Shown in pieces: positions 21,236 through 32,333 of a DNA stretch of 64,000 bases. Source of the stretch: a virus. The stretch lies in IMG/VR virus record IMGVR_UViG_3300034198_013268, positions 1 through 64,000 of that record. The stretch is one strand, 5' to 3'. Below the pieces are notes generated by a model. That model saw nothing but the letters and a program-made list of their open reading frames with translations, had not been told where the DNA came from and did no database searches. Within the stretch, counting starts at the first letter, position 1. Each line of letters starts with the position of its first letter. The position numbers and the translations under genes are program-made.

Positions 21236-21341
21236 CGGCTACGTGGTGCGGAGGCGGGTTTTAGTGCTGCAATACCGGTCAATGCTGCTAACCAATAGTA
21301 GCCCACTTGCCTAACATGCGGGCAAACGTAGAAAGGCTTCA

Positions 21342-21536
21342 TTATTTTTTTGTGCCTTTTTCCAAAATCCATGTTGGATTATTTGAGAGAATTATTGACA
21401 AATTAAGTATTCTGCTTTTTTCTTTGGCTGACTCGATAAAACCCCAGTACACAGGATTGTCTTCGGTTCCCATATTTATGGTCGCGCGCATTTTTTCTGT
21501 GCCATCAGGGGTTCTCGCTATTACTTTAGGTCTCAT
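21342..21536 (-). CDS. 64-aa hypothetical protein coupled to the upstream giant ORF
   Basis: ATGA overlap, GAGG RBS. Confidence 0.65.
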   Translation of the reverse strand: MRPKVIARTPDGTEKMRATINMGTEDNPVYWGFIESAKEKSRILNLSIILSNNPTWILEKGTKK

Positions 21537-24500
21537 GGCTTGAATACCTCATCCTCTCCGGCTTCTATAACCTCAGAGGCACGAACAATTGGGATGTTTA
21601 AAGATTGAGCAATGCGGGAAATTTGAATATACGGACCGTAGTCCTCTAGGTTGTCGGGTTTTGTCCAGTCTGGGTCTTCTATGGACTGCCCGCCCTCATC
21701 GATGGCAGGCCACTCGGAAGCTCCACGCCATGGGTCATCGTAGAATCTGTCGTCTACAACTATGTAAGCTACATCACTAAGAGCTACTCCGCCATGAATC
21801 TGCGCCTCAGTGTAGTCAAACCTTTCGTAGTCACTGTCGCTCTTTGCAAAACTAAGAAGGTCACCCTTGAGTTCCTGACTAAACAGGGCGTGTTTAGTCG
21901 GGTTTAAAAAACTGGAAGCGGTAGAAGCCATAGACAATGAGTCCGACTCCGTCCAGGTCGAGCGACTATTGACATGAGGGTGCATGACTAACTTTATAGG
22001 ACCATAATGATGCGTGGCGTCAAGGTTGCTCTCGGTAAGCCCATCAGGAGCGGTGACTCCGTATATTGGGCGTTGCCCTGAAAAAGATGGCAAATACCCA
22101 AACAGTGTGAATTCCTGAACTCGTCGTATGTTGTCCATGCTGTTGCCGCGACTAGTGCCGCTCTCGAATAATGTTTTAAATTTTCCACTTTGAAGCATGT
22201 CTAATGTAGCTTGAATTGGCATAGCTACGGAAAGCTCAATTGGCAGCTCGTGCGGCTCTACATCGTTAAACTCTGGGGCATTAACAGATATTGCGCTTTG
22301 TATGCTTTTTTTCCATTGTTCTAGCGTTTGCTCTGTGGCCGTATCTCCTTGCCCGGATTTTGTACTTAAAAAATTTGTTTTAAACCCTGCGGTGGTTGCT
22401 CTTTGGATTAAACCAAGAGCTATCTGGTTTATTTCATTTGCGTGAGGATTTAGTTGAATAAAGTTTTTGACCATTGCGGCTCTTGAGCCTTCACCATCCA
22501 TTGGTACTTCAGAGAATAGTTTTGCTTTTACGCCAGTAAGGGCTTCTACGATTGATTGCTCTTCAACTGTTAGCTCCCTGTCTCTTCCTCCCCCAAAACC
22601 AAGACGTGACAGAATTGATTGAAGTTCGCCTGCTTTTTCTCCTACTAGAGCTTTAAAAGCGCTTACGTCTTCGGGCTTTCCAGTGCCCATTTCTCTCACG
22701 TCCTCAATAGACGTATATCCTTTACTAATTACGTAACCGGTCAAATCATTTAGTACGTCTTCAATTTCTGTCGGATAGTTTCCCGGCATTAGCCACTCAA
22801 GTGGGGCACCAGTGTCTCTTGCTTCCTGTACGGACTGAACTGGTTTTGGTCTAACGTCATATGATGACTCAGGCGAGAGCATATGGTTAGATATGCTTTC
22901 CGGATTGTCTGGGTTGTATCCAATATATTCCGCTTCGGTGACTTCGTTTGAGGCTGACATTTTTCCAGTAATATTGCTGCGGGAAACGGCGTCATTTATT
23001 GCTTTGGTTGTTTGTTCGATTGTTATGTCAGGCGATGTCATTGACACAAAGTCGCCATACATCGAATCCGGAGAAAGAAGTGGTGCTCTTTTTTCTTTTA
23101 CTGCGTCAGATAGCTCTTCTGCTACGGCTATGTCAGCCCAGTCGTTAATATTTTGCAATTCATTATCATCATAGTTTGCAAAAATATCTTCATCAAAAAA
23201 CAAAGGATTTTTACTGGTCATAGAAGTCTCAAATTTTGCATCTAGGGCGCTTGCCATTTCTCGTATCATCTCAGGAGTCACCATTTTTGAATCAGCAGGA
23301 GAGGTTCGGATTTGAAGCTGAGCTTTCACTGCAATAGCCATTCTGTCCATTGACCTATGTGGATTAGACATTTCCTGTCCAATTACAAGATTTACCGTAG
23401 TGGCAAGGCGAGGGCTTTCGTCTTCTAGCTTTTTTACCGCCTCTTTTGGTGAAACGCTCATAGACAACTCTTCGTCGTATTGCCATGGCATGCCTGTGAA
23501 ATGTTGACTAAGTGCTTCTTGTAATTCGGAAATACGGGCCCTGTACTCCTTGAGCATTTTCTCTCTGTCGTTTCCAAGTACGTAACGAATTCCTTTTTGT
23601 TTTCCGTCTACAGGGTCGCGCATGGTTACGTACGGGTTGCGTATAAACGCCTCAAAGTTAGTCCAAAACTGATACGGATTTGTTTGTTCTGAAAATTGTC
23701 CCAGTAAATCTCTGGCAATATTTGCTTCTGCTGGACCCGCTACACTGGGGCTTTCTGAGTGGCTAAACAAGGAGCCGTATGGGTTTGTTATTACGGGGTA
23801 CCCCTTGCCACGTTTTCCCTGCGCCAACCCCAAGGCGCTCACTTGAGCCCATGTTTTCTTCAGGAAACTTGGAGCCGTCGACCCCTGCATTCCCGGTGAA
23901 ATATTACCAAATTTTGCATAATTTACCGGTTTTCCTTTTTTGTTTTTACTAGGAAATTTAATTCTTGCATGCATTGCTATGTAATGAAGTCGTGATTCTT
24001 CGTCGCGCCAGTCGAAAGTTACGTCGTTTCCAGCCAGCTCAGTATTGACTTCATCTCTTTTAGCCCAAAGTTCCTTGAACTCGTCATCATATGCAGCTTT
24101 GCCGGCTGGAGGTTCTAATTTTTTGGGTCTTAAACTTACTCCGGATGACCCGCCAAAGCCCGCGTCGAGCTGCGCCTGTGTGCTCGAAGAAAAGCCAGGC
24201 AGGGGTTTTTTAATTTCTTCTGGTTTTTCATTTGGCTCGTCAGGTTTGTCAAGCTCGTCAGGCTCGTCGGCCGACATTTTTCCAGAAATAATACCGTATT
24301 TATTCCAATAGTCTTCGTTGCCTACGCGTATACCGCTAGCCCTAATACTGTTGACCATTTCAGCAAGGGAATCTCTTTCATCGTACATTTGATGAGCTTC
24401 AGCTGATTGAGCAATCTTATATAGTCTTGGACTATTTATGTTTCCCCTAGGGGTTTGACCATTTATTATTTCTGGATTATCTACCCATTTTTTGTTTTCT

Positions 24501-25249
24501 AAATCCCATCCAAGCGAAAGTGAATACTGCCTGATAGCATTTCTAAGGGTGCTCATATATTTATCATTAGTTTTAAGCTCGTCTAATGATTCACCGGCAA
24601 TGTTGTACTTATCTCTATAAGTGTTACTACCACGAGGGATTGGGAACATCCACCAATCAAAATGATTTCTATGAAATGCGTTCCAGTTTCTAGATTTTTC
24701 CCATGAGTCAAACAATCTTGCTTGAGCGTAATGTTCCGATAGGAGTTTATCTATTCCAACAAACTCGGCAGCATTTCTTTCCCTAGCCATTGCCCCCGTT
24801 ATGGAGCCGGCAACATTTGTTGGTGTTGGGTCTGGCATTTCACGCCAAGTTCCGTCAAACAATAAACCGTTGTTATTTGCATCAACTCTTGTCATCGGGT
24901 TTTGGTCGCCCGTTATTTCAGCGCTATTTATTGTTCTTCTACCAATTCGACCAAGACGAGGTAGGGCTTTTGTAAAAGAAGGGGCCGGATTGCCGAGACC
25001 ACCGTTGGTTATTCCCGGAATTATTCCTCCACTAATACCGCTAACGGTGTGACCAGCCTCTCCTGGGCTAGAAGAAGGTTTTGCTATGTTTCCGTCTGGT
25101 ATACCAGCCGAAGCGAGGCTTCCATCACCTAAAGTATCTATCCCAAGCACACGACGTTCTCTTAGTTTTTCCCAAGATACACGAGTGTTTCCGCGTTTAT
25201 TTCGCCGTTTTTTTCTTTTGTCTGATGGCTTAATAAAATCTTCCGACAT
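21533..25249 (-). CDS. About 1240-aa polyvalent protein with OGFr/DUF1810-like and C-terminal DUF3626-like domains
   Basis: NHFDWWMFP motif; FKTLFESGTS.G...RPIYG...HYG...STWT..DSL...YTEAQIHGGV; start placed at ATG 25249 (track start 25285). Confidence 0.8.
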   Translation of the reverse strand: MSEDFIKPSDKRKKRRNKRGNTRVSWEKLRERRVLGIDTLGDGSLASAGIPDGNIAKPSSSPGEAGHTVSGISGGIIPGITNGGLGNPAPSFTKALPRLGRIGRRTINSAEITGDQNPMTRVDANNNGLLFDGTWREMPDPTPTNVAGSITGAMARERNAAEFVGIDKLLSEHYAQARLFDSWEKSRNWNAFHRNHFDWWMFPIPRGSNTYRDKYNIAGESLDELKTNDKYMSTLRNAIRQYSLSLGWDLENKKWVDNPEIINGQTPRGNINSPRLYKIAQSAEAHQMYDERDSLAEMVNSIRASGIRVGNEDYWNKYGIISGKMSADEPDELDKPDEPNEKPEEIKKPLPGFSSSTQAQLDAGFGGSSGVSLRPKKLEPPAGKAAYDDEFKELWAKRDEVNTELAGNDVTFDWRDEESRLHYIAMHARIKFPSKNKKGKPVNYAKFGNISPGMQGSTAPSFLKKTWAQVSALGLAQGKRGKGYPVITNPYGSLFSHSESPSVAGPAEANIARDLLGQFSEQTNPYQFWTNFEAFIRNPYVTMRDPVDGKQKGIRYVLGNDREKMLKEYRARISELQEALSQHFTGMPWQYDEELSMSVSPKEAVKKLEDESPRLATTVNLVIGQEMSNPHRSMDRMAIAVKAQLQIRTSPADSKMVTPEMIREMASALDAKFETSMTSKNPLFFDEDIFANYDDNELQNINDWADIAVAEELSDAVKEKRAPLLSPDSMYGDFVSMTSPDITIEQTTKAINDAVSRSNITGKMSASNEVTEAEYIGYNPDNPESISNHMLSPESSYDVRPKPVQSVQEARDTGAPLEWLMPGNYPTEIEDVLNDLTGYVISKGYTSIEDVREMGTGKPEDVSAFKALVGEKAGELQSILSRLGFGGGRDRELTVEEQSIVEALTGVKAKLFSEVPMDGEGSRAAMVKNFIQLNPHANEINQIALGLIQRATTAGFKTNFLSTKSGQGDTATEQTLEQWKKSIQSAISVNAPEFNDVEPHELPIELSVAMPIQATLDMLQSGKFKTLFESGTSRGNSMDNIRRVQEFTLFGYLPSFSGQRPIYGVTAPDGLTESNLDATHHYGPIKLVMHPHVNSRSTWTESDSLSMASTASSFLNPTKHALFSQELKGDLLSFAKSDSDYERFDYTEAQIHGGVALSDVAYIVVDDRFYDDPWRGASEWPAIDEGGQSIEDPDWTKPDNLEDYGPYIQISRIAQSLNIPIVRASEVIEAGEDEVFKP

Positions 25250-25254
25250 AAGCC

Positions 25255-25644
25255 CTACTTCATGCCAAAGTGATATGTATCCCAATCGCTAAGCTCAATT
25301 TTGTGTTTAGCGCAATAGTCTTGGATGGCTTCATTACGGGTCATTGGTGACTGCTTGTAATCTTGTGCTTCCATTATTTCTTTGGTGTATTCGGGCAGTA
25401 TTTTAACTACATTGAATACCATTTTTTTTTCAAGAAAATCTTCTTCATTTTCTGGTGTGCCGCGCATGTTTAGCGCATCAAGATAGTCAATCATTAATTC
25501 TTTTTTTGAAGACAAGCAGAAAGGTGGATATTCGGCCAGAATTTGAGCATCCTGGAACCCAGCGTTCCATGTTTTTTTTGCTTTAAAAAAAGCGGCTTTA
25601 TTTGCAGCGCTTAATGTTTCTGGGTTTACAAGTTTTCTTGCCAT
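25255..25644 (-). CDS. 129-aa hypothetical protein directly after the giant ORF
   Basis: ATG 2 nt after the 2228-aa gene stop. Confidence 0.75.
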   Translation of the reverse strand: MARKLVNPETLSAANKAAFFKAKKTWNAGFQDAQILAEYPPFCLSSKKELMIDYLDALNMRGTPENEEDFLEKKMVFNVVKILPEYTKEIMEAQDYKQSPMTRNEAIQDYCAKHKIELSDWDTYHFGMK

Positions 25645-25646
25645 TT

Positions 25647-28600
25647 TTATTGCCAGTCCCTATTTCTAATGTGTGGGATTTGCTGACCGTCAGGCATTCT
25701 CCAGTTTCGCAGTGCATCACGGGCACTTCCAAGGTTCCATGTATGGTTTGATTGGGCGATGCCGCTTCTATTGAGTACTCTCACAACGTTACCATTTCCC
25801 TTTCCAGTATTTGGATTATTTGGATTTACTCCAATCAAGCTCTTCCACAGCTGACTTGGAATTATATCTCTTTTATCTAGACCGTCGCTGGATAATCCCT
25901 TAGGGGTAATGATTGCATCAACCCCCATCATTAGTGCCCAGTTTTCTGGAGCCAAATATGTCAGTGTATGAATTGCTCTATCCAGTTTTTTGTTATGTTC
26001 AATTGCGTCTTTGCCCGCTTGGCCTGGTTGCGAAATGTCTTGTCTTTGTGACGCAATCTGAACCACATAATTGAGTGTTTGCTCAATCCATGCGTTAAGT
26101 TTTTGTCTGTATTGAGCGTATTCCACTTGCTCAGCTGGCGATGCTCCAGAAGGGGGAAATAAGCCGGACATTATGGAGGAAGGAACTGACCATCCTCCGC
26201 TAGTTATTCCTTCTACTGTCATCGGTCCATCAGTGGTTGTAAGCCTGTCTATTTCACTTTGCAGACCGTTGGTATCTATCAAACCAGTTACTGGGTCAGG
26301 GGCAAATGAATTGGGTGCAATGTTAAAAACTCTTGTATCACCATGTCTACTATTTACGCCACCAGGAAAACCTGGAGCTCCAATTGCGTTGACAATAGAC
26401 CAAATTCCTTCATAAGTAGCGGAGTTTTGTCCAAATAATCCATCAAGAACTTCTGCTGACATTATGCTTTCTTGAGATATTAAACCAAGCGTCGTACCAT
26501 CAGTTCCATGCATTTGACTCCAGCTTACTGGTACGAGAGACCAGTATTCTCCGCGCCCGTGTTGTGACATTCCTTGACCAGGAATAAAACGCTCTCCATT
26601 AAGACTTTCTTGAGCCAGCTGTCCAGCAGTGTATTGAACACCTCTCGACCAACTATCGTTTACTCCTCGAGCTATGATTAGGTGAGTTGGGTTTCCATCG
26701 CTATCAACATTGGTAGCCATTTCTTCTAATTCTTTGTCTGAAAGAAGAACTGGTTTAGAGTTAAATCCACCCCATTCCCACATGCTTCCCATCATCATTG
26801 CGTCAGTGTCATGAAACTCTCTACCAACAAGGTCTGGATGTCCTGCTACCGAACGATTGCCGGCCTTGTACTCCTTATATGCTTCATCCATTAAAGCAAG
26901 CGCATCGACATGTTCGTCAGATATTTCGTCAATAATTACAGCACCCGTTGTCGGGTCTACTTCTGGAGCATTAGGAAACCCATCAGCACGATGCTGCTGG
27001 ACAAGTTCTGTTATTTCTTGTGGACTTCTATTGGGTTGGTTGCTTATTGGAAGTCCGCCATGAGGGTCAAGAACAAACGGGGCATCATCAAAAAACCCAA
27101 AGTCTTGCCGTGTGCTTGTTCCCGACGCTTGTCTGGCACGACGAGCAAGTATCTGCCTATTGAGTCTTTTTGCAACTGATTCTAGGTCTTGTCTCTCTGC
27201 TAAAGTAACCGCATCTCTTACGTCCGGGTCGTGGACAATGTGAGTATTTAACAAATTCTCCATCTGTTCCATCACGTTTCCGTTTGCCACATACCTCAGA
27301 AGAGCAACCCTATTGCCAGGCGACATCATGTACGTTGCAAGGTCTTGTTCCATTTTATTGGCAGTATAAGAATGAACACCCCTAATTGTTTCAAGGGTTA
27401 TCTTCCATTGTTTGTCGGCTTGTGCTCGAAGAGAGTTTAGTTTAGCTTGGTCAATAGGCCCAATCCAGCCTTGTAGGACACCTATTGCTTTAGTGTCGTT
27501 ATTTTGAAGTGCTTCGGCTACGGCGCGTGTTACGTCTTCTAGTTGAAGTGCGGCATTCATGCTTTTTATTGCATCAAGATGTAATTGTCCAAGCCCAGTT
27601 TGTCCGTTATCTACAAACATGTCGCCATCAGGAGTGTAGAATCTTCTATGCGGCATAAAAGGGTCCATGCCTAGTTCTCTTATGTCTTGAAGGGACAGGT
27701 TGTCATTAACGGTTGGACGTGATGACCCACTTGACGTATCAATGCGCGAAGGGTTTGCCTCATTAGTTGGGTCCATCGGGTAAGGACGGAAAAACCCATT
27801 ATCCATACGAGAATCACCGGCTGCTGCAATTACGTCAGCATAGTTACGGTCTACCGATAAACCAGCAAGCGTTCCGCCATTTGGGTCAGAGAAGTCAACT
27901 TTTACAAGTCGTGGAAATTCCTCATTTCTTCCTCCTTGAGCGGTTTTAGTTGCATCAACGGCTTCGTTAAATGTGGGGATTACATCAGTTATTTGTTTCA
28001 CCGCACGGGGGTCAGTCGTGATTTCTAACGCCGGGTTGTCTGCAGAAAGGTCTACACCTGCAGTAATGCGCACATACTGCTTGGGTCTTATGGCCGGGTT
28101 GACCGTGATTTGCAATTCCGGAAAATCTCTGTATCGCCCAGTGGAGGGGTCTACTTCTGGAATAATACTTCTGTCGTAAACGTCAAGAGCAGATGGTTCA
28201 AGACCTGATAGGTCCTCAACGTATAGTCCAGTATTGTTGTCAATGTAGCCGTTTGGCATATAACTAATATTTAACGCTTTGTTTCCTACGCCCGGGTCTA
28301 GCGATGGCCCTGTAATTACTCGCGTTGCTACTCCAGGTGCTTGTGGTTTAATGTCATTAGGACGTACCCATCCTGGTGTACGTACTGTTGCTACTGGTTG
28401 GTCATATATGCCAAGACTTTGCGCAAGACCACCAGAAGAAGACGGTGTGGGCTTATGAGGAGTAAAATTACGTTTTTTCTTTCTATCCACTCCGGTCGGT
28501 ATTCCAACATCATCTATGATTGAGTTTCTTAGTGATGGTTTTAAGTTGTTTACCAAAAAGAAATCGTTACTGTTTTCCCATTCGGATAAAACAAGTAGGT

Positions 28601-31600
28601 TATGCAAGCTTCCAGACCTAATTCCAGAAAGTCTTGGATTTGATTTTTTTAAGTCTTCAAGATAATCAAGAGCTGCATCTTCACTTATTGGGTCATTGGG
28701 TCCAATTTTGAGATGACTTCTCCACTCTGCTCTAAGTGAATCTAGGCTGGTATGGAGGTTTCTGTTTATTCCATCTACAACATGCGCGGGATAGGTCTTG
28801 CTTGGGTCAAGGAAATCACCAGTTGTTGTCTGTGGATACGTTAGTCCGCTTCTTGCCTTGGACCTTTGCACTCCACGCGATGCCATTCTTTGAGGCTGTC
28901 TAGAGGCTGGAGCTTTCTTTAGTCCGCGTTTTCTAAATTTTCCAGTGAGTCTTTCTGTAAATGTAGACTTTTTAGGCTCGTTTATTATCTTTTCCCGCGT
29001 TGACTCTCCAGCAATAAGCATCATTAGCCTGTCGCCTTTGTTGTCTACGCGTTCAACTACAGACAGAAGGTGCTGACCATCTTCTCCTATTATGTGGGAT
29101 GACCCACTTACGTTATCAATAACCATAACTAGGGGTTTATGGTCTTGCCTGTCGTCGTATACGTAAACTTTATCGTCCATTTCGCGGACAATTGCATGGC
29201 CAAGGTTTGATGGAGAACCAGGAACATCAGGTTTAGAAGGGTCGTTCAGGTCGCGTAGCGCACTGTTATATACCTCGCGCAAGTCATCCTGATGTTCGTT
29301 ATCAAAGTCCGTTAAGTAAGGAGTGAATCCTCCAATATTCCTTAAGGCATTATTAAGGTCAAGAATTCTTCCATAGTTATCTGGGTTATCCCGCCATTCA
29401 TTTTGGTCAACTATTCCAGGAGTTGGTACAAATCTTAATTGTTCCAGTATGTTGCTCGGGTAAAGTTTCCATATATCGCGAGGGGATGTTGCTTCTTCCG
29501 CTCTTGAACTAATCATTGGCAACTCGGACAACGATTGAGGAATTGTTATTTTCATTCCCTCTGGAACGCCCTCGTTTCTAATGTCATAACCAACACGGGC
29601 TATTCTTTTAGCCAATCTTATTCTTAAGTTGTCTGTGGGCTTTGGCATTCTTCCTTGTTCAAGGCGTTTTGCTGCAGCAGATTCACGTGCCCATTGGCGA
29701 CCTTCGCCGCTCATCCAGCGAGAAATTATCCCTGGAACTTCTGGTTGGTCACCTCTAATATCACGTCTTATCGGACGCGTATTTTTTCTTTTTGATTTAT
29801 TACTCCACCAGTTCCCGTTGCCGGTATTGATGAATTCATCAAGGTATTCTCTGCCCTTAGGAGAGACAAACTGTCCATCAGTATGACGGCCCAAACTCAT
29901 TTGCCCGGTTATGCCAGTAGAAGTTTTACCGGTAACAACGTTATGTTCTATGTCTTTTCCGCCGGAGTACGGAGCTTGGCCGTTCATCTCCATGGCCAAC
30001 ATGTCTCCGTCACTATCTAAGACCATTGCAAGATGAGAGGCCACACCAGTACTGTATGGGGACGTTACTGGTTCAAGCAAATCATCACGACCGACCAAGG
30101 GTCCCACCATTCGGTCGTCTAATGCCGTGACCGTTGTCGAGTTGTAACGCTTAGGGTCTACCCAGTATTGCGCCATATCAATTGAAACAACATGTTTTTT
30201 GCCGTCTGTGCCAGTCACTATGCGCAGAGACATTTCTTCACGTAAGATTCTTTGTTCTTCAGTTTTACCGTCAGACAGCGTGACTACCCTGTAGTTGCTT
30301 AGTTCTATGCTTGTATCCGCAGGAGAAGGTAGGTCACCCGACGGAAAATGTCTATACAAACTGACGTAAGCCCCCCTATCAGGTGCGGTTGGGTTTCCGG
30401 AAAGACCATACCCCTCTATCCCGTTAGCCAATCCTCGTTCGGCAGACACCACGACGTCTTCACCGGGGTCAAACCCGGAATCCAGTATTATCTGGTCGAC
30501 TAGACCTTTAAACATCTCCCACTCTGGAGTTGGTTCTCCTATTTTTGAAGGGGAATAAAATCTTACGTTAGCGGATATGTTTTGCTCTATATTGGAAATA
30601 GCATCAGACTCATCAACATTAATGTTTTTGAAAAAATCGTGAAGGTTTGCAATTTCGCCAGCAACTTTATTTTCTTTTTTTGATTTTTTATCAACGCGGC
30701 GTCTGCTTCTTCTTGTTTCGCCATCAGCAAGAGGGTCAAGAGAAAGGATGCGCCCTGCCCAGCCCTTTCTTTTTTGTTTGACCGTATTGCTTAACGGGTC
30801 AAATGTCAAAATAGTCTTTGCAATATTTCTACGTCTTGACGGTTTTAGTGAGCCCCCATTGAACGCGTCGTCAATGAGGACGTCCTCGAATGCGTAGTCA
30901 ACCCAAGCATCTGCAAACTCTTTATTATCTCCGCTTACACGACGTATGAATTTTTCTGCTTTTCTACGATTTTTAAGAGTGTCGTCTGCGTGGTCGTATT
31001 TGCCATTAACTTCCAGGCCAAGAGCATGTAATTCTTCCCAATCGGATGGGTAAAACCGAACACCCGTATCCATGTCGGCCCAGTCCCCTGTGCCGTTGAG
31101 AATATCTTGCCAAGTATATGAGCGAGTCGCGGCACTAAGTCCTGCAAGCATTTCTTCTTGAGTAAGAAACTTAAATTTTTCTTGTTCTCCAGATGGTGTA
31201 CCGTTGTGTTTTTTGGGCGACCCAAACCAAGGGTTGAGCGTCATTGCTCCGGTTTCGTACAGTTGTCCGGCCATAGGATTAAAGTAGATGGGAAGGTTTT
31301 CGTCCCACACGCCACCCTTATCACGAAGCTCTTGAGAAATTGTAATTTCTGGTTTTACTTTGCGTGCTCTTCTGCCGCCTTCGGACATGTCAATAAAACC
31401 ACGCTGTGCAATATCTTGCCCAACGCGCGACATGCGTAATCCTGCTGCCGTTCTTGCCCGTGCAACCATTGGGGCATTTGGATTAAGTGCGCTATACGTA
31501 TTTCTAAAAGAAGGATTTAATTGGCGGTCGGTCGCTTTTCTTACTCTTCTTTCAGAACGTTTTGTAAATTTTTCAACTCTCCCGGCCCGCACATTGTCAG

Positions 31601-32333
31601 CGGTTCTTTCGGTAAGTCTTCCAGCACGATACAGCGCTCCACGAGGCTCAATGCCTGCGTTGAGTTCGTTCTGACTTCTATCATCTATGGATTGAAGGAA
31701 TTGACCAAGTCGACGAACCGCACCCATAGAGCAGCCGAGACCGAGCCTGTTAGTAAACTGTCCACCATTTAACGTATCTTCAGGGCACCGCCAACCCTGC
31801 AGGTCAGTGTCCCATATTGCCCGCATTCCTTTGACTTGAAGCGTAAGGCTAGATAGTTGCTGCTCGAGCTTAAAGGCTTTTGCCTTGTAAGTTACAGCAT
31901 GCTGCTTATAAGCCACATCCATTGATGCAATCAAAACATCCGTTACTGGAAATGAATAAACTGGTTCAAAGTCTTCAACATCGTCTGGCTCCCCATAGAC
32001 GTCTTCTGGCGTATCAGATTTTGTTTCCACAATCTGCAGGAATGATTTTTTTTCAAATTCTTCACTTAGTCTCAGGGCCTCCTCTGGGGAAACAAGCTGA
32101 GACAATTCACCCAAATCTACAGCATTTGCTTTTTTGGGTGATTCGACAAATAGGCTTATATCAAGAGAATTAAAAAGTTCTTCATTTGTGAACTTGGAAG
32201 AGTTAGCCCATGTAGCCCATCGCTCGCCCTGTCCATGTGCGCCAAAAGCACGCATATCACCATTGGGGCTTGTTACTAAAAGAGCAAAGGGCTTACCGTC
32301 TATTTTGTCTTTTACGACTGAAATAGTTTTCAT
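25647..32333 (-). CDS. 2228-aa protein with possible C-terminal ADP-ribosyltransferase-like domain
   Basis: Long ORF with ATGA coupling; WRCPEDTLNGGQFT motif; C-terminal GFNSKP...IIARGV...GQG..HGRGEYW (function tentative). Confidence 0.75.
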   Translation of the reverse strand: MKTISVVKDKIDGKPFALLVTSPNGDMRAFGAHGQGERWATWANSSKFTNEELFNSLDISLFVESPKKANAVDLGELSQLVSPEEALRLSEEFEKKSFLQIVETKSDTPEDVYGEPDDVEDFEPVYSFPVTDVLIASMDVAYKQHAVTYKAKAFKLEQQLSSLTLQVKGMRAIWDTDLQGWRCPEDTLNGGQFTNRLGLGCSMGAVRRLGQFLQSIDDRSQNELNAGIEPRGALYRAGRLTERTADNVRAGRVEKFTKRSERRVRKATDRQLNPSFRNTYSALNPNAPMVARARTAAGLRMSRVGQDIAQRGFIDMSEGGRRARKVKPEITISQELRDKGGVWDENLPIYFNPMAGQLYETGAMTLNPWFGSPKKHNGTPSGEQEKFKFLTQEEMLAGLSAATRSYTWQDILNGTGDWADMDTGVRFYPSDWEELHALGLEVNGKYDHADDTLKNRRKAEKFIRRVSGDNKEFADAWVDYAFEDVLIDDAFNGGSLKPSRRRNIAKTILTFDPLSNTVKQKRKGWAGRILSLDPLADGETRRSRRRVDKKSKKENKVAGEIANLHDFFKNINVDESDAISNIEQNISANVRFYSPSKIGEPTPEWEMFKGLVDQIILDSGFDPGEDVVVSAERGLANGIEGYGLSGNPTAPDRGAYVSLYRHFPSGDLPSPADTSIELSNYRVVTLSDGKTEEQRILREEMSLRIVTGTDGKKHVVSIDMAQYWVDPKRYNSTTVTALDDRMVGPLVGRDDLLEPVTSPYSTGVASHLAMVLDSDGDMLAMEMNGQAPYSGGKDIEHNVVTGKTSTGITGQMSLGRHTDGQFVSPKGREYLDEFINTGNGNWWSNKSKRKNTRPIRRDIRGDQPEVPGIISRWMSGEGRQWARESAAAKRLEQGRMPKPTDNLRIRLAKRIARVGYDIRNEGVPEGMKITIPQSLSELPMISSRAEEATSPRDIWKLYPSNILEQLRFVPTPGIVDQNEWRDNPDNYGRILDLNNALRNIGGFTPYLTDFDNEHQDDLREVYNSALRDLNDPSKPDVPGSPSNLGHAIVREMDDKVYVYDDRQDHKPLVMVIDNVSGSSHIIGEDGQHLLSVVERVDNKGDRLMMLIAGESTREKIINEPKKSTFTERLTGKFRKRGLKKAPASRQPQRMASRGVQRSKARSGLTYPQTTTGDFLDPSKTYPAHVVDGINRNLHTSLDSLRAEWRSHLKIGPNDPISEDAALDYLEDLKKSNPRLSGIRSGSLHNLLVLSEWENSNDFFLVNNLKPSLRNSIIDDVGIPTGVDRKKKRNFTPHKPTPSSSGGLAQSLGIYDQPVATVRTPGWVRPNDIKPQAPGVATRVITGPSLDPGVGNKALNISYMPNGYIDNNTGLYVEDLSGLEPSALDVYDRSIIPEVDPSTGRYRDFPELQITVNPAIRPKQYVRITAGVDLSADNPALEITTDPRAVKQITDVIPTFNEAVDATKTAQGGRNEEFPRLVKVDFSDPNGGTLAGLSVDRNYADVIAAAGDSRMDNGFFRPYPMDPTNEANPSRIDTSSGSSRPTVNDNLSLQDIRELGMDPFMPHRRFYTPDGDMFVDNGQTGLGQLHLDAIKSMNAALQLEDVTRAVAEALQNNDTKAIGVLQGWIGPIDQAKLNSLRAQADKQWKITLETIRGVHSYTANKMEQDLATYMMSPGNRVALLRYVANGNVMEQMENLLNTHIVHDPDVRDAVTLAERQDLESVAKRLNRQILARRARQASGTSTRQDFGFFDDAPFVLDPHGGLPISNQPNRSPQEITELVQQHRADGFPNAPEVDPTTGAVIIDEISDEHVDALALMDEAYKEYKAGNRSVAGHPDLVGREFHDTDAMMMGSMWEWGGFNSKPVLLSDKELEEMATNVDSDGNPTHLIIARGVNDSWSRGVQYTAGQLAQESLNGERFIPGQGMSQHGRGEYWSLVPVSWSQMHGTDGTTLGLISQESIMSAEVLDGLFGQNSATYEGIWSIVNAIGAPGFPGGVNSRHGDTRVFNIAPNSFAPDPVTGLIDTNGLQSEIDRLTTTDGPMTVEGITSGGWSVPSSIMSGLFPPSGASPAEQVEYAQYRQKLNAWIEQTLNYVVQIASQRQDISQPGQAGKDAIEHNKKLDRAIHTLTYLAPENWALMMGVDAIITPKGLSSDGLDKRDIIPSQLWKSLIGVNPNNPNTGKGNGNVVRVLNRSGIAQSNHTWNLGSARDALRNWRMPDGQQIPHIRNRDWQ

